DNA of 63,998 nucleotides, counting the filler, from Globobulimina sp. (Eukaryota), in NCBI GenBank assembly GCA_003354225.1. It is 15 parts of 15 records of this genome, joined end to end, with 100 filler letters (N's around TTAATTAATTAA, not from the genome) between each part and the next. Parts side by side here need not be neighbours in the genome. Positions count along the whole stretch, not along the records: positions 1 to 4,179 come from PIVH01001512.1; positions 4,280 to 8,457 come from PIVH01001513.1; positions 8,558 to 12,734 come from PIVH01001514.1; 12 more parts are not named here. One strand, given 5' to 3'. The number at the start of each line of letters is the position of its first letter. Within the stretch, counting starts at the first letter, position 1. Shown piece after piece: positions 1 to 12,551 of the stretch. The position numbers were made by a program, and so were the translations under genes. The notes beneath the pieces were generated by a model that saw nothing but the letters and a program-made list of their open reading frames with translations, had not been told where the DNA came from and searched no databases.

Positions 1-108
1 GCAAAAAATGATAAAACTGAAACAACCGAAACAAAAACAGAAACAGAAGCACCAAAACCACAAGAAACGCAAAGTCAAACTAACGCCGACACGACAGAAG
101 CCAGTTGA
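1..108 (+). CDS. 3' end of a gene with a T/E/K/P-rich low-complexity tail (partial)
   Basis: Frame 1 is open from the window start (AKNDKTETTETKTETEAPKPQETQSQ...) to TGA at 106-108, followed by AT-rich UTR-like sequence. Confidence 0.5.
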   Translation, partial: AKNDKTETTETKTETEAPKPQETQSQTNADTTEAS

Positions 109-360
109 TATTAAATATTATTAACATGAACTTTATAGAAATATGTATTGACCTTCACCTTCTCTCTGTGTCTGTAATGTGTTTAATTTTATAAAGTAAA
201 ATTAAGAGATTTATTCGCAAAGCCATTTGAACAAATTAAATAAATGCATGCGATGGCAATGGCAAAGCCATGCACTATTTTATTCTATTTGTTTCAACTA
301 TTTTTCCTTGTTTTCAGATATTAATAAGATAATAATGACGGAAAAGAGATGCGGCAATTC

Positions 361-425
361 CTGAAATTCTAGCCCTTGGATATTCACTAAAAGCACTTTT
401 CGTGATAATTCTACTTTCGTGAAAT
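361..425. repeat. Dispersed repeat with TTTCGTGA subunits, shared with 38497-38540
   Basis: CTGAAATTCTAGCCCTTGGATATTCAC matches the reverse complement of 38514-38540 (CTGAAATTCCAGCACTTGGATATTCAC) at 25/27 nt. Confidence 0.7.
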
Positions 426-499
426 TTGCATAGGACTTGTATAGGAGATATTCTTCAAAACACTAAGAAATCTTTCCCCCCCTCAACATCCAACCTCGG

Positions 500-3400
500 A
501 TGCTGTCATCTTACCTTTGTATATTACTAATATTGAGCTTTACAATTAACGCATACATTCGAGGTAAATGTGCACCTTCCAATTCTACAAAAGAATTGGA
601 GAGAAGCAACATATATAATAAACTATCCTATAAACTTGAAAAAATCCAATATAAACGAAAAATAATTTTAAAAATAAACTCCCTCATAAACTCTTTGCCT
701 TTATCAAATTTAATTTTATATATCCTCCTATATTGTAATCCCCTCCTTTATCAAATAAATCCTAACTATACAGAACAGCCGCAATATCGCAATATAATGG
801 AGAATACAAACAACAAACCAGATGAACATATACAACCAACTAAAAAAGATCGATATAAAAACAAAATCACTGTTAACATTAAAATTAAACAATCGCAGTT
901 CCAACGGGAATCGGTACCGGTGAATCGCCAGAAAATGTTCCATATTAAGGATAATATTGATTTACGTAAACGTGGTGTTATTAGCGCCTCTTTCGCAGAG
1001 GAGGTAACATTCCCAGGTACAGCACCACAATGGATCAAACCAGCATTAATTGTGAAAGTACCCGCATTTAAGAAGAATAAATTATTTTATTATTCGCCTG
1101 ATTGGAATGATGTGTTTCCAGAACGCAAAGCCAATGAAATTCCAACAGTAAAGCCAGCGATTCCTCCTTCTCCTCCAAATGTATATACCAGAGGCGATAC
1201 CATATTGCCTGCCATCATTGAAAACAATAAAGAGTCATTACGACTCTCTCAATATCCAGTGCCCAAACAATCGAACCATAGTAAATATATCAAAAAAAGA
1301 CGAACAAAGAACAATGACAAAAGAAAGCAACCAATTCAAAAATCTGAAATTGTCGCGGATCAAATACGAAATATAAAGAAAACAGGTGCCTTCGTAAAAT
1401 ATGAGGTTAGAAATGGCGAAATATGGGATTTTAGATTCGATAAAATTGATTTAAAAAAAGCGGCCGTGGACTTAGACGAATATAAACAAGTATGGACGGC
1501 AGAGAATGAATGCGATATTAGCAATGTCAGAGTATCAGCAAATTCACTAAATATTTATTCCCCGGTGAGCAAATTCATGGATTTAATCAATGGTAAACAT
1601 CCCGATTACGCTCAAGCTATTAATATAATTTATAAATTTGCAAATACCAATCATCCCATTCATCGATTAGTTATCCATCATTTGGTGCCATCGACGATAA
1701 TTATTGATAATAAAATGATGTTACACTTAGACCCAATTGGCGGCTCCCGGACAGAGTCAATATTAATGGATTTAGATTGGAATGTTCCGTATCCGAAATG
1801 GCAGCACAATGATATCGAAATTACGTATATCAAAAAGCGATTAAACTGGAAACCAACAAATTTATGCTTATTCAACGTACCGCTGAGTATACTGAATAAC
1901 AATTCATTGCATCGAATATTAAACGAGAAAATAACAGCCGCTATAAATTCAACGTGTATCCTGTATACAATTATTAGTGCGATGGAAAACGACTATGCGG
2001 TGACGGAAATAAATTATATGCCATTACTTTTAGCATTTATTAGACCGCATGCGATCAAAATGGAGAGAATGGCAAAAGCTAAAATGGAATTAAATAAAAT
2101 TAGATCAAGGCCGGTACCAATGGATGAAGATTCGAATGAAAATACAGCGGACCTTAGTGATGACTCCGTAAATGCGGATCTATGGTATGACAATCTGACG
2201 AATAATATAAATGGAGAGTATCTGGATATTATTAAATTAATGGAAAAACATGCCGTGTCCCCCGAAGACGTATTAAATAGCAATAAAGTTAGAAATCGAC
2301 GTTGGTGCAGAAACACATTATATCATATGAGTAATGCAACGGGCAGTAATTTTGCGTTGCCGTGGTGGATAAATGTCGAAAGTTGGGAGAAAATGATTCA
2401 TTTTATTGCTGCACAGAATTGTATACAGCAAATTGACAAACCATTCCGATCGGACTTAGTATTTGAAGATAAGAGAATATTTATCACACCGCTAACCTCC
2501 ACGGGAATAAACCCAAAATTATTAATTGGCGATGAAGCATTGGGATTCCCCGCAATCCAATTTAGATTTGGCACAATCATCAAATTAATGTGCTTATTGC
2601 GCAGCAATTTATATTATGATTTCATTGCATTCGCTAAAACCTGTGCCTGTGGGAAGAAATTTGTGCCGCATTCAAAATGTCCGGAACAAGAACATTATAT
2701 TAAAAAACAAATAAATCGAATTAGACAGAAATATAAAAAAAGATTAATCACAAAGAAAACGATGGAAAGACAGATCAGTAAAATTGTATCAATAAAATGC
2801 ATTCGCTGTGGATATTGGGGGCACTTTGGACATGAATGTGAGTGCAAAGACGATGAAGTCCGATGTTTATGTTGTTATCGATCCAGACATATCCGGACAT
2901 TGAATGCATTGGTATGCGGCGACACTGCCAATTTAATAAATTTATTTACCAATTTGAATGACTTAAATACGAATTGGACCGACGTGGATTTCGCCAATAT
3001 CGACCATTATAAATTAATACAGTGCACAGTCAATGACAAATTAAAAATTGAGGATCTCTATAAAATAATCGATACAAACGCAACCAACCAACAAATCGCA
3101 TTAAATCCGGTGATATCCCAAATTAACAATGAAAATGGAAATTATATTGACGTGGCACAGAATAATAACAACAATGAATTACAAGCTATTGATGCAGCGC
3201 TGAATAATAATAATAATAATACAAATCCGCAGCAAACCAATTCGTTAGAAACCACAGAAGAACAGCTATTGAATCATGGATTGGTGGATGAAGACTTTGA
3301 TACGGAGCCTCCTCAAAAAATCGAGTTCAACGAAACTAAGAGCATTATATTGGCGGAGAATAACACATTGAACCAATCAGAATCTATGAACCAATCACAA

Positions 3401-3871
3401 ATTGAATTGATGAATAATCCATATATTTCCCCATCGCTTATTCCTATGCTGACCAGCCAGGCAGTCCTCAATTCCCTGCAAAATGTTGAATTTACGGATA
3501 GTTTCTCGAATTTATTATCAAATAGCAACCAATCGCAAGATAATAATACTCCAACATCGCTGCCAACAACCTACGATTTTAATGATGAGCCAGAAATTAT
3601 TACCATTGCACCCAGTAATCGCCCAAGAAAGCCACAACCAAAGAAAGCATTACATTCGGTATCAATTGCCCCAAATATACCAAAATATAAAGACCGAAGT
3701 TCCAGCGAGTCGTTCCGAGTGAATATGCTCAGTGAAAAAATTAATAAATCAACAACTGACAACAAGATCGATAACAAATTGCCATTCAAGAATTTGAGGA
3801 AAAAAGCAAAAAAATCCAATGCAAGAAAACGACAACAACAAAAGTCCGATATTAGAAAAGAAGCAAAATGA
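500..3871 (+). mobile_element. Probable non-LTR retrotransposon ORF1 (gag-like, zinc knuckles), 1123 aa
   Basis: Intronless 3.4-kb ORF; CIRCGYWGHFGHEC (CX2CX4HX4C) followed by CLCCYRSRH...C, then a long N/Q/S/K-rich disordered tail; next ORF overlaps at ATGA. Confidence 0.6.
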
Positions 3872-4179
3872 TTAGAACGTTGGTTTTAGCCCTCACACAC
3901 GTCCCACTATGTAACTTATGTAAATATAATTATCTTAAACGTCTATTAATTATACAAATTGCAGCCATACACAGTATATTCCTTTTTTATTATTATTTAT
4001 TCCCTTTTTATCTAATCTCTATACGCTATGTTTTTCTTTTTGTAATTGATATTAAACAAGACGGAGACCATTCTATTCTCTCGGATTCGCACTTTGAGAA
4101 TTTATCCCACTGCGATCTGATAAAAAATATAGAATACTCCACTTTAAATCAATTAGTTTCCTTTTTAAATGGTAAGATA
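3868..4179 (+). CDS. ORF overlapping the ORF1 stop (possible ORF2 N-terminus, truncated by contig end)
   Basis: ATGA start/stop overlap; open to the contig end; no endonuclease motif recognised. Confidence 0.25.
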
Positions 4180-4279
4180 NNNNNNNNNNNNNNNNNNNNN
4201 NNNNNNNNNNNNNNNNNNNNNNNTTAATTAATTAANNNNNNNNNNNNNNNNNNNNNNNNNNNNNNNNNNNNNNNNNNNN
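4180..4279. other. Artificial contig linker (N44-TTAATTAATTAA-N44); identical copies start at 8458, 12735, 17012, 21288, 25564, 29840, 34115, 38390, 42665, 46940, 51215, 55488 and 59760
   Basis: 14 identical 100-nt N-flanked spacers with stops in all six frames; intervening contigs fall in length from about 4179 to 4172 nt. Confidence 0.99.
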
Positions 4280-5001
4280 GGATAAACAATGGGTATTTTC
4301 GGTAATTTTGTTTGTATGAAACCACATGTCTCCAAATCACAAACTGATGCTAACACAACAGAGCCACATTTATCTTTTTGAATGGCTGTTTGTGTTTGTT
4401 TTATAACAGTTTGTCTATCCCAAAAATATTGCTTCTCTTCGTTCATATCTCCATCATACAACACATGAAATGCTTTAAAACTGTCCTCAAATCCATATTT
4501 TATTAAATTATCTGTAAACAATGGTATCAAATGTTTATATCCGATGATCATTGAAAATGAATTTCCGGTATTCTTTGCCACAAAACATGATGCCTCGCCA
4601 AGTGAAGTTACTTTGATGTTTTCAAATGCTTTGACATTATCAGTGTTTAATAAAACTGTCATTGGCACCATGGATATGTCCCCAATAATAACTCCATCGT
4701 ATTTATAAAATTTGGCCCAACGGATTGTTTTTATAATGGTGTGATTGTAATATAAATCCCATTCTTTTTTATCTGGCCGTTGTGGTTTATTTTGCGGTTC
4801 AAATGAACATATATCATATTTCACATTAGTTGTAATTTGAGGAACTAATTGATTCAGTTCAGTATAGATCTGTTTATCTTCGCTTTCTGTGCCTAATGAG
4901 TTCATAAATAATATGTTTTTTGGTGGTCCAATGGCACTGAAATATCTGTAACATAGTGTTGGTAGTTGGTGTTGGCATTTATAGCCAAATTTGTTTAACA
5001 T
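4280..5001 (-). CDS. Asp/Glu/hydantoin racemase superfamily protein (3' partial), apparently lacking the catalytic cysteines
   Basis: Motifs ILFMNS, YDGVIIGD, VTSLGEAS, FSMI, GSVVLAS and IPIV occur in family order; N-terminus resembles a mitochondrial presequence. Confidence 0.65.
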
Positions 5002-5059
5002 TGCTGACTAAAGTTTTTTGAGAAAACCACAATAAGCAAAAACGCATTTTGTCGACAGA

Positions 5060-6013
5060 ATGGCAGAGGAAAAACATGAAATAGAACAAGAGACTGTAAT
5101 TACATGGCTATGGAAGGATAAACATAATAAATGGAGACATTGTGATGATGAATTAACACAAAAAATGGAAATCCTGGCACCAAACCAATCAATAATTATA
5201 AAAGTAAATGGCAGATCATATCAAATAAATAAAACCGATTCAAACAATGCAACACAAACAAATACCAATTCAAAAAAAACTCGATCAATGAAGCGAAGGG
5301 AAAACAAATTGGATAAAATGAATCAAATAATATTTTGGTATTGGATGAATAGCAATAATCAATGGATACCATTTGATGATAAAATATCAAATCAAATTGA
5401 AAATATCCCGTTAAATGCAATGATTAATATGAATATTAATGGTAAAAAATATCAAATATGTAAACAAAAAACAGTCGATAATGCATATAAATATAATGTA
5501 AAAACAAAGACGCAAAGATCATTAAAACGGATTATAAAATATGTAAAAGATAGAGGTGTCTGGCAATACGAAAGTAATAATTATAAACATAAAACAATCA
5601 AAACATGGACTGATTTACCATTAGTTATTTGTATCGATATTGAAAATTTGGGAATTGGAGAATCAATGAAATATTCACTGGATAAACATAAGACATATAT
5701 TGTTGTCAAGAGATCAGAGTGCCGATGTGAACAAATTCGAACTTCCACAAAAAAGAAACGTATTTTAAGGAGAGTTGTAAGTGACATTCATAAATATGTA
5801 ACACCTATAAACGAGGAGGTTGATGGGAATGCGGTTGAAATGAATGATAATGTGGCTATGGATAATGAATGCGTAGTTTGTATGGACAAAGAAAAGAATT
5901 ATGTGTGTACTCCATGTGGACATTTATGTTTATGTAAGGATTGCATCAATGTTATAAATGGAAAGTGTCCAATTTGCCGGAGCGATTGCCAGGTTATCAA
6001 AGTGTTTAAATGA
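5060..6013 (+). CDS. Triple-WWE domain + C3HC4 RING E3 ubiquitin ligase
   Basis: Three repeats of W-x-W/Y...W..(F/C)D...IE...Y.I...Q.N..T...R...R; C-terminal CVVC...PCGHLCLCKDC...CPICR. Confidence 0.85.
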   Translation: MAEEKHEIEQETVITWLWKDKHNKWRHCDDELTQKMEILAPNQSIIIKVNGRSYQINKTDSNNATQTNTNSKKTRSMKRRENKLDKMNQIIFWYWMNSNNQWIPFDDKISNQIENIPLNAMINMNINGKKYQICKQKTVDNAYKYNVKTKTQRSLKRIIKYVKDRGVWQYESNNYKHKTIKTWTDLPLVICIDIENLGIGESMKYSLDKHKTYIVVKRSECRCEQIRTSTKKKRILRRVVSDIHKYVTPINEEVDGNAVEMNDNVAMDNECVVCMDKEKNYVCTPCGHLCLCKDCINVINGKCPICRSDCQVIKVFK

Positions 6014-6204
6014 TGATAATGAGAAGGATTACATTCCATTCAGTAATTTCAGTTATAAATTTGTTATCACTTTGTGCTGGATTTGCAAACCGTTTCTATA
6101 TAAAAGTACAGAGTCAGAATGTTGTCCGCAGAACAAAATATCCATATGGTTAAAAATACTAATCCAACATAAATATCTTTAGAACTAACAAAAACTCATA
6201 AATC

Positions 6205-8457
6205 ATGTCTTCAGAGTTACCAACAATAGAAATTTCAGATTTCAAATCATTAACAACAGAACTACCAACCACTCACATTGCCACTTTACAATCATCCTCG
6301 GAACAAAAAGAGGATGATTTCCCTCAAACCAACATTGCTCGTATATTCACGCAGGCAAATTTAGAAATGACTCACACCCAACACGGCATTGGAACGAATC
6401 TAGAAAAAGAAATCGCAAATCTAACCAAACGGGTGACCCTTAGCCATGATACCACACAAAATACCAATCCAACCAAAGATACCGACAACAACGACCCGAA
6501 CACCGCTATAAACTCGGCCACCACTCTGATGAATATAGAACGCGGCGAAAATGAAGTCACCATCGCCATCCACAGTAAACAGAAGAAAATCTGCTCATTT
6601 ATGCCCAGAAAATGTAACTGTTCCGAACGATTAACTATGCAAAAAACCAAATTCGTTCTCTATATATTCCCACTGTTTTTACTCATCGCTTCTTTTTATG
6701 TCTTATTAGCGCAGCAACACATATCCACCATCACCTTCTCATTAATTTTAACCGTTTTAATATGCTCTTTTATCATGGCATGGCTCTGTGTCCTGTCCGT
6801 TTTATTTCTATTTCAAATCATATTAACTATCAGAGATGGCATATTTTGGTGCATTGTGGATAAGTTACGCACACAAATAATAATTGTATACGTGCACATG
6901 TACACTGTGCGAGGATACACAAAAACGAATATTTAGATGGAATTTGGAGCATAAAAAGGCATTTATTCAAGCTTATTCTGGCGTGGATTTAATGGCTGAA
7001 TTGGATGAACAGGAAAAGCAATTACATGCATTACGAATGATATACGTACAACAAATGAGAGCCAATCAAGAAATGGCACTAATTCAACAATCCACCAATT
7101 TAGTCATTGCTAATGGCACCGAGGAAGGCAACAGCACCGACGACACTGATCATGACATTGACAGACAAACGCATACAAATTCAAATACGCCGCAATTCAA
7201 ACATATTGTCAGTAATTCCACAGCAGCGTCGCCGTCAAATAATAACCGGGAAGATGCTATTAATGCGATTGCGGATGACATGGAGCACGAAATGGACACA
7301 GAAGACGAGCAATCTATCACTGAGTTGCAATCTGGCCATAAACAGATGGATACGATCGTGGTCCACCAAAATAAAGCAACGCCTCTATCTGCAGGTACTG
7401 GTACACACAAAACGGATAATTTAGGCACCGAACGCAATACCAACATCCTAAAAATTATCATTCACATTACTCCCTACACTCCGTCCACTGCATATAACCG
7501 CAACTACAAATACACTCAAACAAGTTCACATTTCCCCTCTTTCCCATCCCCTACACAGAAAACACTCGTTTTTACACTCACAAATCCCACATACACTCGT
7601 TTTTATACAGCAACAGACCTAAATTACGAAGAAAAGAAAGCGTACCGCCCATCCACCCACGCCACGGCCGACAGTGTCTCCGTCGACACAATGATCAAAA
7701 AAGACAGTCTCCGCATCAACGCCAATAAACTCCACATCTTCATATCCGACAAACAAGGCACACCATCCACTGCCACGTCGAGTGGCTCCCCGTTTACACC
7801 CATACCGACCTCAGCGCCCGTTACTGGCAACAATGATAATATTACCATGTTACAACCACAACACATCACCACCGCCAATGAGAAACTACAGCAAATCGCG
7901 GACAGCGCTGTCAATGCACCCGACGTCTCCTTCGACGAAGAAGAGGATCTAAACACGCCCGTCGCCATCGACAATGGCGAAGTCCGCGAAGTGGGCGAAG
8001 AAGAGAGGTGGGACTCTTTGGAGTTAGATCTGGATGGCTCTACCTTCAATATTTGGGGCACCTCTCCGGAAGAACGCACTGCTTTTTTGTATATCAGCAA
8101 CTCGCAGTCGGCCAACCTTTGCAAACATATGTATCGCTGCTGTCCGTTGTATCGGATGACTTTGGTGTTTTGCCTCAAAGTTTCCTGCGAATTGTGCCAT
8201 ACTTTGTGCATCTTCCTAAGCATATTCTTCTTTATCTTGACGGTGGTCTTTGTGACTGCCAATCCCATCCATTATTACGTGGCCAACGACGGAGCGTATT
8301 TGAGCAAAAGTTACAGCGCCACACAGTATAAATCCTTGTACGGCGAGCGCAGCGACGGCGAGAAGGGCAGTTCTGATTTCATTATCGGCGGAGATGAGCA
8401 GTCGGTGCAGATCTTGACGGATATTGTGAATTATCCGCAGACGTTCAAGTACGGTAT
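6205..8457 (+). CDS. Multi-pass membrane protein of unknown function (3' partial); intron 6864-6936
   Basis: GTTACG...TTTAG intron joins the two ORFs in frame (VDK|WNLEHKK); hydrophobic helices in both exons. Confidence 0.6.
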
Positions 8458-8557
8458 NNNNNNNNNNNNNNNNNNNNNNNNNNNNNNNNNNNNNNNNNNN
8501 NTTAATTAATTAANNNNNNNNNNNNNNNNNNNNNNNNNNNNNNNNNNNNNNNNNNNN

Positions 8558-11500
8558 TGTTGCCAGCACTTATTTAATTTGGCAAAACATTGCGATAAAA
8601 ACTTATACACAAACTCAACAATGTGCTCATAATAATGCGGCGAACACAATTGCACAAAGTTCATGAAAAAATGCTTGATGATAATGGATAAATGCGACAA
8701 TGGCAATTCCTGCCAATATGCGGTGACAGACTCAATCATCATATTCATGGCGTTTTTGTTTGCAAAAAATTGTTTATTAAAATACGACGAAACTGCCATA
8801 ATCCGACAGACGTAATCGCGAACATTTTGGATCCAAATCACAGCCTTTTCCAACGGCAATATCTCCTTTGGTTTGGCCATTGGATTTCGAACCAAATCAT
8901 CATATTTCAATCCATAGATATTGTACAACGATTTGACATCCAATGCATTCACAATGGAGTGGTGGCTGACAGATAATTTTGATTTAAACTCAGCAGTGTA
9001 CATATACGATAATAATTTGTTGCATTTCAATACATTGGCAAACACCGCACAAAATAAGGGCCACGAGGCAATATCCACAGCACCGTTGTCATTCGCACCA
9101 TAATTGCCTTTACCATAAACTTTGGGCAATCCGTCTAAATTTGCAGTGTGGAATAAATCTTTTAAACCAGTCTCGCCCTCAGATAACAATGACGCTGTCA
9201 ACGTAGACCGCAATATATCTAATACTGTGCGTATATGATATGCAAATCTGACCCTTTGGCCCATGCCGCCAACGTCTTTATTCATGCTGTAATTGGGGAA
9301 TTGGATCATTTTTGCAAATAAATTACTGTCATTCAGCACATTTTGTATTTCCGCGCAATTAAAATTATCAATCACATCTTTTAACAAATCGGACAACACT
9401 TTGCTGCGTTTATTCGTGTCATTCAATCCATTGCTAATACACACCAATAACTCGAATAAATGACACAGCGGACCTTCAGATATATCCATAATAGAAGCCA
9501 TATACACACCATTGGCATTGCAAGCGAGTTTGTTTTGATGTTGAGCTTCGTTTTCGTTTGCAATCGATTTGAAAGTGCTAAAATTTGCCTGTATGATTTG
9601 CATAACCTGCTTCCATATCGGCTCAATGAATTGGACACAAATATGTGGTATTCGCTTCGCAATATGCAACAATGCAAAAGCAATCTTGCGTTTATGTGCC
9701 ACTGCGTTGCATTTAATATCGTAGGCATCCCTGGCATTGGGCGCTAATGGCAGCGGTTTGGGGAAATCAGTCAGTAATTTGTCGAATGTCTTTTGTAAAT
9801 ATGCAGTTTTCCGGCAGTATAATGGCACTAAATACGATAATATGGGATAGATACGAGACATTAATTGCGTATCAAAACTATTCTCTTTCTCGTTACACGT
9901 CCAATTTAATAGTATTTGGTGCAATTGTATCACCATATTAATTAAAGGCGAGTTATCATCAAATAATGCCTCGTCGATGGTATTCTTGTTATTGGTTTGT
10001 CTTTTTTTCTTTCGTTTGTCGCGTTTAAATTTATAATTGATTGCATTTTCAAAAATAATCCGATAAACATCGCACAGTCCGTCCAAAGCAATGTATCTCT
10101 CGTTATTAATGGTGGAGTGTCCGATGGAATTCACATTTGTTACATCACGGTCGCAATTTAAAATGCTGAGAGTAAACTGTCCGATACATTCCATGCCGCC
10201 ATACGGCGATAACACAAAACATTGCTGTAATAAATGCGATAGCTTACTTTTCAACGTAGTACGGCAATTTGCCCATTCTTGCTTCGTTTCAAACGATTGC
10301 AAATCATGCCATTTGACGCGAAAATGGTTTAATACATATTTCATGATTCCAATGATAATCGATTGGAATTTGTCAGACTGTCCCAGTACACCATCGCTTG
10401 CTGAATAACCAATCATCTCTAAAGTGACAATTTCGTGCAATAAATACGACCATATGTTCATGGATCGTAATCGTATGCGCAAATCACAAGATTTCATACA
10501 AGATTCGCTGAGTCCTAGCACAATATCACGGATTGACTGCGATAATTCTCGGTTTTTAGGGTCTTTATTGTCTTTTTTAGGATGGATTTTATCTGTGTAG
10601 TCTGCCAATAATTTGCTGAATAGCTTTATTTTTCGAGTCATACATTCCAACATATAATCCAATCGCTGTAATGCTAAATTATTCTCCTCCTGATTCGCAT
10701 TATCATTGTCTTGATGGGTCATTAGATATAAACCCTTTGCAGTTTCCAGCTCAATGGACCACACTGTCAATATAACTCGTTGTTGTTCGATCTTATCATC
10801 CTTTAGAAAGTTATAATAATTTAATTTGCAAAAATGCAAACAAGTAAGAAATTTCTTAACGTAACAGAATAGTTATTCAATTCAGAAAATTTGCGCATAA
10901 AAAAATAGATATTTGATAGTAAAGCATAGCGATAAAATTCCTCATAGCATAAGGGGACGTTGCTATGTTTGCTGGTTTTGGCCACGGACTGCAATATTTT
11001 AGCTAAACCAATCAAGACCGGCGTGTCCAACAAAATGGTTCTTAAAGGAAATTGATTTAAATATTTCGGCAAAGCCTCCAGGCATCGTTTTAATATGTTT
11101 TGTGCAATTTGCACGTTATTATTTTCTTGATTATTGTTGTTATTTTCAAATATTCGCTGATAACATTGAGCCAACGCGGTACTGAATATTTGCATGATTT
11201 GCTTATTATTTCTCATTAATTCATCTTTGATTTGTTTTTTTCTCTTTTCGGGGATAATTTGTCGTTCACCACAGTAAAAATATAAATCTTTTAAAATAAT
11301 AAACAATATTTCGAATGATAGGGGATTTTGCTGTGATATTTGAAACAATGATGGCAGCAAATTGGTCCATTCATGCGGCCAATTATAGATAGCTAAGGTC
11401 ACAATTAATTCACTTATTTTCTCTTTTAATAATGTTACATTTGATGCATTGGAGAGGTTATTGAATTTAAATAAATGGATTGCTAAATCTTTTAAATCTT

Positions 11501-11738
11501 TTTTATCGCGCGAGTCTAAGCTGTTCCATTGGTTACACATTTTGCGTATGCAATGATAGCCAAATAATCGATGATGATCTTGACCGGATTTTATAAAATA
11601 ATAACCCAGTTCTTTGCATTTGAACGGATCACATGTTTGAGACTCTAAAAATCTGTATAATTCACCGCGTCTTGATTGTGAGGTTGATGCTGAATGTGTA
11701 GCATCCAGTGCTGATTGCACTTTGTTTTTGTTGTCCAT
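8558..11738 (-). CDS. Exportin-5/HASTY-like karyopherin-beta (3' partial); intron 10801-10865
   Basis: Importin-beta N-terminal/Xpo1 motifs (RLFGYH..., KEKISELIV...WPHEW..LL..L) followed by HEAT-like helices; 65-nt GTTACG...AAG intron restores frame. Confidence 0.8.
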
Positions 11739-11817
11739 TATTGCATTTATTGAATCAAGGAAGGATTGAAGTTAATGAAAAATGTAAAAATTGTTGAAAA
11801 GTCAAGTGAAGAACTGA

Positions 11818-12455
11818 ATGGCAACAAATACGAATTTAACAAAAGAGGGTTATTCGCAGGGCTATGCCAGTGGGAAAATCCAAGTTGTTGAAGAAAATTA
11901 TAATAATTCAAAACCCAGACCAGAAGCAGTGGCAACTTATGACGATCAATGTTGCGGATGTATAAATATTCGGAATGGTATAATTATTCTTGGAGTTTGG
12001 TTAGTATTTCAATCAGTATTGACTGCTATTCTGTGGATCAGTTATTATGCACAAATCAATCGCAGTTATCCCAAATATGCAAGTATCGCATTAGTATTTG
12101 ATATTATATTTGATGCATTTGGTATTTCTACTTTATATTTGTTAATGTTTTGTGTCTTTATACTTTTTTAAAAAAAGGAGGAATATTGGGAATGTTTGGT
12201 GGATATAAATATTCAACAAAAGTGATTTATTTATTTTATCTTTGGGCGATTGCCCGGTGTTTCTTTGCTGCGGTCGATGTCTTATTTTCTTTCATTTATT
12301 TATTTATTTTGGGGTTATGGATTTATTGGACTATTGTTATTCGAAGATATTACAAAATATTAATAGCTCAACAATTAAATGAAAATAATAATGGTTATAC
12401 TTACACCAGATATGATAATCACAACCCTTATATTGTAACAAATGAAGGGCTTTAA
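11818..12455 (+). CDS. Small four-TM membrane protein; intron 12122-12177
   Basis: CCGCINIRNG motif followed by four hydrophobic helices; 56-nt intron joins ...DAF-G-GILG in frame. Confidence 0.7.
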
Positions 12456-12551
12456 ATGTAATTAAATTCATAAACGGTTTTTTGTTCTGATTAACGTATC
12501 CATCGATCATTTTTTTTTGAAACCCGCCGTAACATAGCGGTAAGACTAAAA

